DNA of 64,000 bases from Eledone cirrhosa (lineage: Eukaryota), in NCBI GenBank assembly GCA_964016885.1, contig OZ024755.1, forward strand, positions 18,972,001-19,036,000. Reading direction: 5' to 3'. The notes under the pieces are model-generated. The model ran no database searches and was not told the DNA's origin. It saw nothing but the letters and a program-made list of their open reading frames with translations. Of this stretch, positions 37,959 through 50,616 are shown piece by piece. A program made the translations under genes and the position numbers. Each line of letters opens with the position of its first letter. Position 1 is the first letter of the stretch.

Positions 37959-38928
37959 ATTATATATATATACACACACACACACATGCATAACAGCATA
38001 GAAGATCTAAGATGAATTTAATGTAGAAGCCCTGCTCGGTCATTTTTATCTGAGTAAACTGGAGCAATGTGAAATGAAGTGTTTTGCTCAAGAACACAAC
38101 ACACAACCCAGTCTAGGAATCAAACCCATACCATTATGATTGTAAATTTAACTCACTTCCCACTAGGCCACTCACTTTCACAGCTAAATGTTAGCCAGAG
38201 AGCTAAACTCCAACAAAGATGTTATATAAATATTAAGACTATGAGCAATAAATTCAATAAAGATGATGTACAGAGTCAACCTAGAGACTTCATGGGAATA
38301 CTTTTGCTATCTCACTCACTAATTCTACCTTCACTTCATGTTCTCAAAGGAAGAATAATCAATAAACTTAGTATCAGTAATTTACTGGTACTTATATCAC
38401 ACATTACTCTCTTGCATGTTAACCCATCTCTCTTTCTTGTTACACCTTATGACTAATATAAAAAAAATATATATGTTAAGATAAACCCTAAATCTAAATA
38501 TTTTAATTAAATATTTTAAGTGGTGGTGGTGGTGGCAGTAGTTGTGTTGCTGGTGTTGGTGATGGTTGTGTTGGTGGTGGTAGTAGTAAGTGTGTTGTTG
38601 TTATTAGCAGTGGTGGTGTTGATGGTGGCAGTTTTGATGGGGGTGATGATGATAGGAGTAAAGGAATGGAAAAGAACAAGAAAAAAGAAGGGAACATGAA
38701 GTCAAAGAAATTTCAAAAGACCAGTGAAAATGTTATAAAATATTTACTATCATCTTTCATACAACATTAGGAAAGTTACCAACAATTAGATGAATCTCTC
38801 TCTCATAGAATAAATACAACATAATTTCATGTGTATATATATGTATGTATATATATATATATATACACACACACACAAATACATATATACCCACACAAGC
38901 ATGGAAAAATGGACATAAAACGATGATA

Positions 38929-38972
<44 letters not shown>

Positions 38973-39125
38973 AATACATATATACCCACGCAAGCATGGA
39001 AAAATGGACATGATATGTATATATATATATACACACAAATACATATATACACACAAATACATATATACACACAAATACATATATACCCACGCAAGCATGG
39101 AAAAATGGACATAAAACGATATGTG

Positions 39126-39167
<42 letters not shown>

Positions 39168-39197
39168 GTATATGTATATATATTTGGGGTATATACG

Positions 39198-39248
<51 letters not shown>

Positions 39249-39249
<1 letters not shown>

Positions 39250-39303
39250 GTCCAGAAAAAGCCATCGAAACGGCTTGAGCTCTGCCGTCGGGGTCATACT
39301 TTT

Positions 39304-39307
<4 letters not shown>
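39249..39307 (+). mobile_element. Family P1 short fragment in (TA)n
   Basis: agtccagaaaaagccatcGAAAcggc...gccGTC|ggggtcatacttttgttt. Confidence 0.75.
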
Positions 39308-39354
<47 letters not shown>

Positions 39355-39719
39355 CACACAAACACATGCATACATACAAACATAACTAGAGAGAACCTGT
39401 GTAAATACACACTCACGTACACACATACACACACTCACGCTCACACACATAATGATATGTATGCACCCCCTCCCATCTATAGTAAGTCCACATGTATGTA
39501 TTATGTATTTATAGCTGATCTTCTTCAACGTCTCCACATCTCCACATTCTGACAGTATTGATTCTATGCTGCAGTATGATTAACATGGTATATCTCCATG
39601 CCTAAAGTACAACACACAGGCAGGAGTAAAGGATGGAAATAATGAATATTGCGATGAGGAGATGTGTGTGTACATGTGTGTGTGTGTACATGTGTGTACG
39701 TGTGTGTGTGTGTGTATAT

Positions 39720-39876
39720 ATATATATAAAGAGAGATGTAGGTATATATAAAGAGAGATGTAGATATATATCTAGATAAATATAAAATGTTATGAGAAGA
39801 AACAGATATATATATATATATATATATATATAGATATATATATATAGATATATATATGTGTGTGTGTGTATGTGTG

Positions 39877-39933
<57 letters not shown>

Positions 39934-40017
39934 AGAGATGTAGATATATATCTATATAAATCTAAATTGTGATGAGGAGATATAGATATATATATATATG
40001 TGTGTGCGTATGTGTGA

Positions 40018-40048
<31 letters not shown>

Positions 40049-40155
40049 AAGAGAGATGTAGATATATATCTATATAAATATAAAATGTTATGAGAAGAAA
40101 CAGATATATATATATATATATATAGATATATATATGTGTGTGTGTGTATGTGTGA

Positions 40156-40199
<44 letters not shown>

Positions 40200-40525
40200 A
40201 GAGATGTAGATATATATCTATATAAATCTAAATTGTGATGAGGAGATATAGATATAGATATATATATATATGTGTGTGTGTATGTGTATATATATATATA
40301 TATATATATAAAGAGAGATGTAGATATATATCTAGATAAATATAAAATCTTATGAGAAGAAACAGATATATATATATATAGATAGATATATATATGTGTG
40401 TGTGTATGTGTGAGTGTGTATATATATATAAAGAGAGATGTAGATATATATCTATATAAATATAAATTGTGATGAGGAGATATAGATATAGATATATATA
40501 TGTGTGTGTGTGTATGTGTGAGTGA

Positions 40526-40570
<45 letters not shown>

Positions 40571-41079
40571 TATATATGTGTATGTGTGAGTGTGTATATA
40601 TGTAGAGAGATGCATATATATATCTATATAAAGACCTGGGATGAGGTGAGAAAAGCCGACCTTACCCAATTACACCTCTCAAAGGCGATGACACACGACC
40701 GTGACCTCTGGCGTCACGCAGTAATACAGAGTACCTGACCTCCCATGGGTACAAGCTGAAGCATATAGACAATATGCCCCCACACCCTCCCACTGCAAGG
40801 TGGTCGTGGAGGTGCCACTGCAAAAAAGCACCCAGCCCACACTGTAAAGTGGACGTGTAGGTGCTACGGAAAAAAGCACCCAGCACTCACTGTAAATGAG
40901 GTTGGAGTTGGGAAGGGCATCCAGCTGTAGAAATCAAGCCAAAATCAGTTCCTGTATGAGCAAGGCATGGTCAGCCCACAACAGGACAACTCGTCTAACC
41001 CATGCTAGCATGGAAGAACGGACGTGAAACGGTGATGATGATGATGATGATGATGATAAATATAAATTGTGATGAGGAG

Positions 41080-41139
<60 letters not shown>

Positions 41140-41183
41140 AGATATGCAGATATATATATATATGTGCGTGTGTGTATGTGTGA

Positions 41184-41217
<34 letters not shown>

Positions 41218-41385
41218 AGAGATGTAGATATATATATCTATATAAATATAAATTGTGATGAGGAGAAATATATATATAGATATATATATGTGAGTGTGTG
41301 TGTGTGTGAATTTATATATATATATATAGAGAGAGAGAGCACGATATATAGATATATATCTATATAAATAAAAATTACAATGAGA
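39720..41385. repeat. Higher-order microsatellite-containing tandem repeat, interrupted by an RTE insertion
   Basis: aaagagagatgtagatatatatcta..taaat.taaa.tgt.atgag.aga plus (TA)n/(TG)n units. Confidence 0.85.
40631..41056 (+). mobile_element. RTE LINE 3' end with SINE A-like long 3'UTR
   Basis: KTWDEVRKADLTQLHLSKAMTHDRDLWRHAV; colinear with about 24867-25303. Confidence 0.88.
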
Positions 41386-41398
41386 AAAATCTATATAC

Positions 41399-41429
<31 letters not shown>

Positions 41430-41699
41430 CACGTGTGTGTGTGTGTATATATATATATATGCGTGTGTGTGTGTATTTATATATATATTTATAAAATAAA
41501 AATATAAAATGTTTCAGATAGCTAGCAAGCTAACAATACACAAGCAATCTGTTTCAGGAGGAAGAGAACATTAATAACAATTATACCAAAATTCTAAGAT
41601 AAACAACTGAGATAACAATCTAAATAAAGAATTGGCAGAATCAGTAGAGTCCCAGACAAAATGTTGTGCAGTATTTATTCTAGCTTCTTACAGTGTGAG

Positions 41700-44696
41700 T
41701 TCAAATCATGCTGGGGTCAAATTAACTTATCTATCAAACGTTGAGACACAGCACCAGTCAAGGACAGTGAACTGGTTCAAATCTCGCTGGGGTCAACTTT
41801 ACTTGTCATCATTCAAGGGTTGAGACACAGCACCAATCAAGGACAGCGGACTGGCTCAAATCTTGCTGGGATCAAATCTGTTTGTTATCCATCAAGGGTT
41901 GAGACACAGCACCAATCAAGGACAGCGGACTGGCTCAAATCTTGCTGGGATCAAATCTGTTTGTTATCCATCAAGGGTTGAGACACAGCACCAATCAAGG
42001 ACAGTGGACTGGCTCAAATCTTGCTGAGATCAAATTTGTTTGTTATCCATCAAGGGTTGAGACACAGCACCAATCAAGGACAGTGGACTGGCTCAAATCT
42101 TGCTGAGATCAAATTTGTTTGTTATCCATCAAGGGTTAAGACACAGCACCAATCAAGGACAGTGGACTGGCTCAAATCTTGCTGAGATCAAATCTGTTTC
42201 TTATCCATCAAGGGTTGAGACACAGCACCAATTAAGGACAGTGGACTGGCTCAAATCTTGCTGAGATCAAATCTGTTTGTTATCCATCAAGGGTTGAGAC
42301 ACAACACCAATCAAGGACAGCGGACTGGCTCAAATCTTGCTGAGATCAAATTTGTTTGTTATCCATCAAGGGTTGAGACACAGCACCTATCAAGGATAGC
42401 GGACTGGCTCAAATCTTGCTGAGATCAAATCTGTTTGTTATCCATCAAGGGTTGAGACACAGCACCAATCAAGGACAGTGGACTGGCTCAAATCTTGCTG
42501 AGATCAAATTTGTTTGTTATCCATTAAGGGTTGAGACACAGCACCAATCAAGGACAGTGGACTGGCTCAAATCTTGCTGAGATCAAATCTGTTTGTTATC
42601 CATCAAGGGTTGAGACACAGCACCAATCAAGGACAGCAGACTGGCTCAAATCTTGCTGGGATCAAATCTGTTTGTTATCCATCAAGGGTTGAGACACAGC
42701 ACCAATTAAGGACAGCGGACTGGCTCAAATCTTGCTGAGATCAAATTTGTTTGTTATCCATCAAGGGTTGAGACACAGCACCAATCAAGGACAGCGGACT
42801 GGCTCAAATCTTGCTGAGATCAAATTTGTTTGTTATCCATCAAGGGTTGAGACACAGCACCAATCAAGGACAGCGGACTGGCTCAAATCTTGCTGGGATC
42901 AAATCTGTTTGTTATCTATCAAGGTTTGAGACACAGCACCAATCAAGGACAGCGGACTGGCTCAAATCTTGCTGGGATCAAATCTGTTTGTTATCCATCA
43001 AGGGTTGAGACACAGCACCAATCAAGGACAGTGGACTGGCTCAAATCTTGCTGAGATCAAATTTGTTTGTTATCCATCAAGGGTTGAGACACAGCACCAA
43101 TCAAGGACAGTGGACTGGCTCAAATCTTGCTGAGATCAAATCTGTTTGTTATCCATCAAGGGTTGAGACACAGCACCAATTAAGGACAGTGGACTGGCTC
43201 AAATCTTGCTGAGATCAAATTTGTTTGTTATCCATCAAGTGTTGAGACACAGCACCAATCAAGGACAGCGGACTGGCTCAAATCTTGCTGAGATCAAATC
43301 TGTTTGTTATCCATCAAGGGTTGAGACACAGCACCAATCAAGGACAGCAGACTGGCTCAAATCTTGCTGGGATCAAATCTGTTTGTTATCCATCAAGGGT
43401 TGAGACACAGCACCAATTAAGGACAGCGGACTGGCTCAAATCTTGCTGAGATCAAATTTGTTTGTTATCCATCAAGGGTTGAGACACAGCACCAATCAAG
43501 GACAGCGGACTGGCTCAAATCTTGCTGAGATCAAATTTGTTTGTTATCCATCAAGGGTTGAGACACAGCACCAATCAAGGACAGTGGACTGGCTCAAATC
43601 TTGCTGAGATCAAATCTGTTTGTTATCCATCAAGGGTTGAGACACAGCACCAATCAAGGACAGTGGACTGGCTCAAATCTTGCTGAGATCAAATCTGTTT
43701 GTTATCCATCAAGGGTTGAGACACAGCACCAATCAAGGACAGTGGACTGGCTCAAATCTTGCTGAGATCAAATCTGTTTGTTATCCATCAAGGTTTGAGA
43801 CACAGCACCAATCAAGAACAGTGGACTGGCTCAAATCTTGCTGAGATCAAATTTGTTTGTTATCCATCAAGGGTTGAGACACAGCACCAATCAAGGACAG
43901 CGGGCTGGCTCAAATCTTGCTGAGATCAAATTTGTTTGTTATCCATTAAGGGTTGAGACACAGCACCAATCAAGGACAGCAGGCTGGCTCAAATCTTGCT
44001 GAGATCAAATTTGTTTGTTATCCATTAAGGGTTGAGACACAGCACCAATCAAGGACAGCGGACTGGCTCAAATCTTGCTGGGATCAAATTTGTTTGTTAT
44101 CCATCAAGGGTTGAGACACAGCACCAATCAAGGACAGCGGACTGGCTCAAATCTTGCTGAGATCAAATCTGTTTGTTATCCATCAAGGGTTGAGACACAG
44201 CACCAATCAAGGACAGCGGACTGGCTCAAATCTTGCTGAGATCAAATTTGTTTGTTATCCATCAAGGGTTGAGACACAGCACCAATCAAGGACAGCGGAC
44301 TGGCTCAAATCTTGCTGAGATCAAATCTGTTTGTTATTCATCAAGGGTTGAGACACAGCACCAATCAAGGACAGCGGACTGGCTCAAACCTTGCTGAGAT
44401 CAAATTTGTTTGTTATCCATCAAGGGTTGAGACACAGCACCAATCAAGGACAGCGGACTGGCTCAAATCTTGCTGAGATCAAATTTGTTTGTTATCCATC
44501 AAGGGTTGAGACACAGCACCAATCAAGGACAGCGGACTGGCTCAAATCTTGCTGAGATCAAATCTGTTTGTTATCCATTAAGGGTTGAGACACAGCACCA
44601 ATCAAGGACAGCGGGCTGGCTCAAATCTTGCTGAGATCAAATTTGTTTGTTATCCATCAAGGGTTGAGACACAGCACCAATCAAGGACAGCGGACA
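41700..44696. repeat. 79-bp satellite (~38 units) derived from a SINE-SINE junction
   Basis: Unit tgagacacagcaccaatcaaggacagcggactggctcaaatcttgctgagatcaaatctgtttgttatccatcaagggt; SINE heads at 41632 and 44697. Confidence 0.95.
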
Positions 44697-45269
44697 GGCA
44701 GAATTGTTAGAGTGTCAGATTGAAAGTTTTGCAGTATTTCTTCTAGCTCTTTGCGTTCTGAGATCAATTCTGTCTATAACACCTTTGGCTAGTAGTCTGA
44801 GTCTATTGCCAAGCTCAATTCCACTACTTGGTACTTAAGATCAAGTCTATAGTTTCAACACACCTTTTTCCCTTGTTCCCTCTCTCCTTGTTACCAACAC
44901 ATTTCAGGAGGTACTGAAAAAAATAAGGGGTTATGATCACTCCTTTTCCTTCCTCACTAAGTGATAAAATAAAAATAGACTATAAAACAAAAAAAAAGGC
45001 AATGATCATTGAAGAAATATTTTTCAATAATTGATATACTGCACTCTCTCTTTATTTATATATATATATTATATAGTGTGTGTATACACAGACACACATA
45101 TATATATATGTAGGGTATATATTCATATAAAGTCACACATCTTCTCATACAAGAATAATACGGCATGAAATCTTGCATACAACTATACAGGACTTACATC
45201 TCATATGTGAATCAAGTAGGGAGCCAAGAATGGTTTATGTAAAATGGGAGTGTAACTTATACACACACA

Positions 45270-45329
<60 letters not shown>

Positions 45330-45333
<4 letters not shown>

Positions 45334-45564
45334 GTTTATTTCCATCTTCGGTTAGCTTCCTCCTGTGTTGTTTACTTGTCTCACTCGCTTTACGCGTTTC
45401 TTTTGTCCTAATAACTTATTTTAGTTATTATCGCTCCAACGTGAGGTATATGATTTTTAATGCGATGAAATACCCATGATCGTTTGGTAAATCACTGATG
45501 AGGGACTCATTTTATAACATGTTATCCATGTGCAACCAGCAGTATTCTACTCACCCATATTTTC
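45330..45564 (+). mobile_element. Family K element, 5'-truncated second copy
   Basis: (TA)n on both sides; aligns with about 23605-23847. Confidence 0.75.
45378..45506 (+). ncRNA. Candidate non-circularly permuted hammerhead ribozyme with kink-turn (copy 2)
   Basis: GGTAT-A|TGATTT (45445-45456), T-GAA-ATACC (45466-45474), AAATCA-CTGATGA-G (45489-45502). K-turn formed by CCAACG-TGA and CAT-GA-T-CGTTTGG. Confidence 0.7.
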
Positions 45565-45585
45565 ATATATATATATATATATACA

Positions 45586-46127
45586 TTATGAAGAGAGAAG
45601 AAACATTTAGATATAATTAGTAATAAAATGTATCATACCTAAACTGCTCCTAGATTCCTCGACTACGTAGTTTCGTGGCATAAACAAAAACAATACATCA
45701 TAAAGATATAGAGTCCTTGCGAGGTCTGCCGACTTATCATGAGGATACCTCATTTTACTAGTCTCAAGAACGCGTCTACACGACGTGAGAAAGAATCCCA
45801 AAAAGGCGGAGGGGGAGACAGTCACGCGATATAACGGTCGAGAAACAGAGCTAAGCCTCTTATAACCCCGAAGAAAATACCACGGAGGCGGAGGGGGTAT
45901 TTATATCGAAGCCGTAGAAGAGGTGGTGAAGGAGGCGAGAAGTATGAGTAATGGAAGCTTCCCAGCTGTCCCCACACTTCAAAGATTGCTCGACCAGAGG
46001 GAGTTATTAACAATATATTTAGAAACACACAGATACATGAAGTTGGCACCCTTAACTCACGGTTGGGTGCGGATGCATTCATGTATATGTGTGTGTCCGC
46101 ATGTATCTGTGTGTTTCTAAATATATT
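45586..46127 (-). mobile_element. (TA)n-embedded PLE-like fragment, family P5, with 5' inverted arm and hammerhead fold at 45656-45745
   Basis: Arms 46012-46039 and 46100-46127. Minus strand: TCCTC-ATGATAA-GTcGGCA-(long loop)-TGCCAC-GAA-ACTACGTAGT-C|GAGGA. Confidence 0.65.
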
Positions 46128-46143
46128 ATATATATATATATAT

Positions 46144-46263
46144 AGGAAAATGTTCATGCCCTAAGGGCCTTGAACATTTTCCTATTACCCACTCTACTAC
46201 CCTAAGTATTGAGTACTCTGGTGCGTTATGGTCCACCTGGTTCCTTACCACACTTCCTTCATT
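46144..46263 (+). mobile_element. Family P1-related fragment with a short inverted arm
   Basis: Arms 46144-46162 and 46164-46183, followed by the P1 80-bp tail. Confidence 0.75.
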
Positions 46264-46477
46264 ATATATATATATATTATATATGTGAAGTGTTGGTGTT
46301 AGTGAGACCAAGAGGCCCACAGATCGGCGTAGTGCTCAATGCATGTTTAGGTACAGAGTTGATATAATAATTGGTCATATCCCAACAAAGAGCCCACTTC
46401 ATTTTACCAATTACTATTATAAACATATACATATATATTATATGTATGTATGTATATATATATATATATATATATAT

Positions 46478-46778
46478 TAACGGCATTCCTATGTTTTAAC
46501 GACAATACAACTTTCTCCGGCTTGGCCTGTTCCCCCCCTTTTGGAACTTTCCCCCGTTGATGGGTGTAAGCCCGAAATATTGGGATTAAATCTCCACTAC
46601 GGTAACCCTTCTACCTTTGTTTTGTTTTCATTTTCGTTTCTCTCAATTTTCACTTTTCTCCTATTTCTCACTCACTTCCTACCTCGAGATTTCCCATCTG
46701 CATTGTTGTGGCTTTCTAAACTACATATTTTACACATTACACATTTCACAATGCTTCAAGTAAACTTTAACACCCTCA
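46478..46778 (+). mobile_element. Family P2 longer copy with a degenerate minimal hammerhead (46550-46585)
   Basis: TCCC-CCGTTGA-T-GGGT-gtaa-GCCC-GAA-ATAT-T|GGGA; palindromic stem III; (TA)n flanks. Confidence 0.6.
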
Positions 46779-46800
46779 TATATATATATATACATTATAC

Positions 46801-46837
<37 letters not shown>

Positions 46838-47579
46838 TTATGATCGAAAGAAAAAGTAATAAAAAGTGGTGTATAAAATACACCACTAAAATTAAAAGCA
46901 AAAGAAAAGATAGATCTGGGGTAAATATACTAAATAACCAATAAAACTAAATTGATGTTGTTGTGTGTGTAAGTGAGTATGTGTGTGTATAATTGTGTGA
47001 ATGTGTGTGTATAATTGTATGAATGTGTGTGTATAATTGTATGAATGAGTGTGTCTATATACACACGCAATAGAAGCAAAGGATGTTTTTTGTGTGTGTG
47101 TGTGTGAATCTGTGTGTGAGTGTGTTTATATACACAGTCAATAGAAGCAAATGGATGATTATTTTGTATGTGAATGTGTGTGTGTGTGTGTGCATATGTA
47201 TGTGTATGAGAGAGTGTGTGTGTGCATGAGTGAATGTGTCTGGATACACACACAATAGAAGCAAATGGATGTTTTTGTGTGTGAATGTGTGTGTGTGCAT
47301 ATGTATGTGTATGAGAGTGTGTGTGTGTTCAATAGTTTGTGGAAGAGAGATTTTTAAAAAACCTCAAAATACTTAATTACAAGGCAAAGTTGTTTATGCA
47401 GAACTATTTTATTTAGTATTTCCTCATATTTATTTGTTATTTCCTTTTAATATATACTTATTGTTTACTACCATAAAAATTATATTGTTTCTTTCTTTCA
47501 ACAACAATAATGCTTGTCAGAGATAATTGTTGTTTGTATACAATACTATATCATAATATAGAATTATATATTGGAATAT

Positions 47580-47879
47580 ACATTTCATTTTACGTCCACT
47601 TTTCCCTGCTTGCAAGGGTGGGACAGGAACTGATTCTGGGTTGATTTCTACAGCTGGATGCCCTTCCTAACACCAACCTCATTTACAGTGAGTGCTGGGT
47701 GCTTTTTTGCCATGGCACGATAGGGACCCCAGTCCTAATCTCATTTCTACAGCTGAGTAAACTGGAGCAATGTGAAATAAAGTGTCTTGCTCAAGGAAAC
47801 AACACATCACCCGGTCTGAGAATTGAACTCACAACCTTTCGATTGCAAGGCCAATGCTCTAACCACTAAGCCATGTGTC

Positions 47880-47880
<1 letters not shown>
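47580..47880 (-). mobile_element. SINE family A
   Basis: Identity to family A with an internal deletion. Confidence 0.9.
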
Positions 47881-47937
<57 letters not shown>

Positions 47938-48388
47938 GAGAGAGATAGTAGAGAATGGGAAGGAGGGAGAGATGGAGGAGGGAGTGGAGGGAGAAGAGAG
48001 AGGGAGAGAAAGAGAGAGGGAGAGAAAGAGAGACAATATTCTATAATGAAAACAGAAGTAAATCAAAAATCTATTAAGTCAAATAAGGAAAATATAATTG
48101 CAGTAAACCCAATAGATTTCCTCTTACATTTATGTATTTTTTAACATAAATTCTTTTGTTTTTGTTTTGATTTTTATCTCTTGGTTTTAGAAATATTCCT
48201 AGTCGTAATGTTGTTGTTTTCTTTATGTTTACTTTGCTTTTAGTCATGAGACATAAACTTGACTTTACCAGAATTTGATCTCAGAACATAAGAAAGCAAG
48301 AGTAAAAACTTAGTGGTTAGGATGTTGGGCTCGTGATCAAAAAGTCATGGGTTAAATCCCCAGATTATGTAACATGTCATTTCCTTAA

Positions 48389-48594
48389 TCCTTTAGCAGT
48401 TAAACCGGCCATATCCACCCACAATTCTCTCATCTCTTTCTGTTCAAAGTGGCTGTAACCAGCCACTCATACTAACATTAAGGTATTGTTCAAAATCTTG
48501 TAGATTCAATATTATGTGAGATAATTATGTGAGATAAAGTGTTTACTGTAAAAATACAAGAGTATATATATAGAGTACTGTAAATGCTAAAGGG
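48389..48594. mobile_element. piggyBac-like MITE inserted in an old SINE
   Basis: TTAA at 48385-48388 and 48595-48598; TIR (c/t)cctttagca...tgctaaaggg. Confidence 0.85.
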
Positions 48595-48674
48595 TTAAGC
48601 AAGGCATTTCATTTCATGTTGTTCAAGCCCATTCAACAGAGAAAAAAATTATTATCAGCAACAGCTGGGATTTA

Positions 48675-49570
48675 ACCTTGCAACAGACTGGTGTTGTGTC
48701 CAAAAGAAAGTTTTGAACCTTCAGTCACCAACCTTGCAACAGACTGGTGTTGTGTCCAAAAGAAAGTTTTGAACCTTCAGTCACTAACCTTACAACAGAC
48801 TGGTGTTGTGTCCAAAAGAAAGTTTTGAACCTTCAGTCACTATCCTTACAACAGACTGGTGTTGTGTCCAAAAGAAAGTTTTGAACCTTCAGTCACCAAC
48901 CTTGCAACAGACTGGTGTTGTGTTTAAAGGGGAGTTTTGAACCTTCAGTCACCAACCTTGCTACAGACTGGTGTTGTGTTTAAAGGGGAGTTTTGAACTT
49001 TCAGTCACCAACCTTGCTACAGACTGGTGTTGTGTCCAAAAGAAAGTTTTGAACCTTCAGTCACCAACCTTGCAACAGACTGGTGTTGTGTTTAAAGGGG
49101 AGTTTTGAACCTTCAGTCACCAACCTTGCTACAGACTGGTGTTGTGTCCAAAAGAAAGTTTTGAACCTTCAGTCACCAACCTTGCTACAGACTGGTGTTG
49201 TGTCCAAAAGAAAGTTTTGAACCTTCAGTCACCAACCTTGCAACAGACTGGTGTTGTGTTTAAAGGGGAGTTTTGAACCTTCAGTCACCAACCTTGCTAC
49301 AGACTGGTGTTGTGTCCAAAAGAAAGTTTTGAACCTTCAGTCACCAACCTTGCTACAGACTGGTGTTGTGTTTAAAGGGGAGTTTTGAACCTTCAGTCAC
49401 CAACCTTGCAACAGACTGGTGTTGTGTCCAAAAGAAAGTTTTGAACCTTCAGTCACCAACCTTGCAACAGACTGGTGTTGTGTCCAAAAGAAAGTTTTGA
49501 ACCTTCAGTCACCAACCTTGCTACAGACTGGTGTTGTGTTTAAAGGGGAGTTTTGAACTTTCAGTCACTA
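48675..49570. repeat. 56-bp satellite (~16 units) derived from an old SINE tail
   Basis: Unit aaccttgcaacagactggtgttgtgtccaaaagaaagttttgaaccttcagtcacc, with a tttaaaggggag variant. Confidence 0.95.
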
Positions 49571-50616
49571 AATGCCTCATGAAACTAGAATAAGTTTTGA
49601 CTTAATGAGCTTCTAGGTTCAACACAAACCATAACCATTTTGATACCAACCCATGCCAAAAAACTATCAGTGATTCTATGATAATAAAGCATAAAAATTA
49701 AGTCAAATATGAAATCTATTAGCAAGACATAGCTTCACTGACCAGTCTAGACTTAGACCAGAACAAACTGTCCAACCATGCCAGTGTGGAAAATGGTTGT
49801 AAAATGAAGATGAGGACTATTAAGCCCTAATGTTAATTGGTGAAAAGCCTTATAAGGCTTTCACAAACAAGAGCCTATGTTTAGCTTCTGCCTCATAGCA
49901 TAAAATGGATGAGATAAAAAAAACAACCTTACAAGATCTTCTCTGATAAAGAAAGAGAATCATAAGTAGATGCAAAACCTGAAAAAGTGCATAGCTACTT
50001 TTTATGTTATGTTAAGCTAAATAATCATTTGTAACAATTAGAAATGGTAGTTTGTTAATACAGTATGTGTGACATAATTAGCAAGATATGGTGTTTTAGG
50101 CAAGAGAAACCAAGATTTATAAAGAATGATATCTAAAAATAGTCTTAAAGAGAAGAAAATCATGAATCATTAGTTATTTAAAATATGAAAAATGAAATTT
50201 AAAAAAAAAATCATATGTTTAAATTTGTCTGATTAGTGATGCACTCAAGCACGTATAGGCATGCACATCAGTGGCTCCAACTTTTACATTCAAATATACA
50301 AAATGCATCACTAAAAAAAATATAATTTATAAATCAAATATATATTAAACTGAATTAATATAAAAGAGAATTTTTTTTTATTTTAAATAAATTTAAACTA
50401 AGCCCCTAGGAAACAAATATATGAAGAAGAAAAAAATACTGTGATGATGGGATGGGGGGAAGAAAGGTATACTGAAGAACTTGCTTCAGTGTTACAGACC
50501 CATCTCCTACCATCACTAACATGCACACATATACACAGTATTTCTGTTTTCTTTACAAAAATCAATTGACTGCAAAGAACTGTCATGATTACGAAGATAG
50601 AAGTTACAACAAAAAT

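Noticed and set aside
41700-44696. CRISPR-like regular array (also 48675-49570)
   Set aside because: Whole units repeat with no unique spacers; SINE-derived; eukaryotic context with no cas genes.
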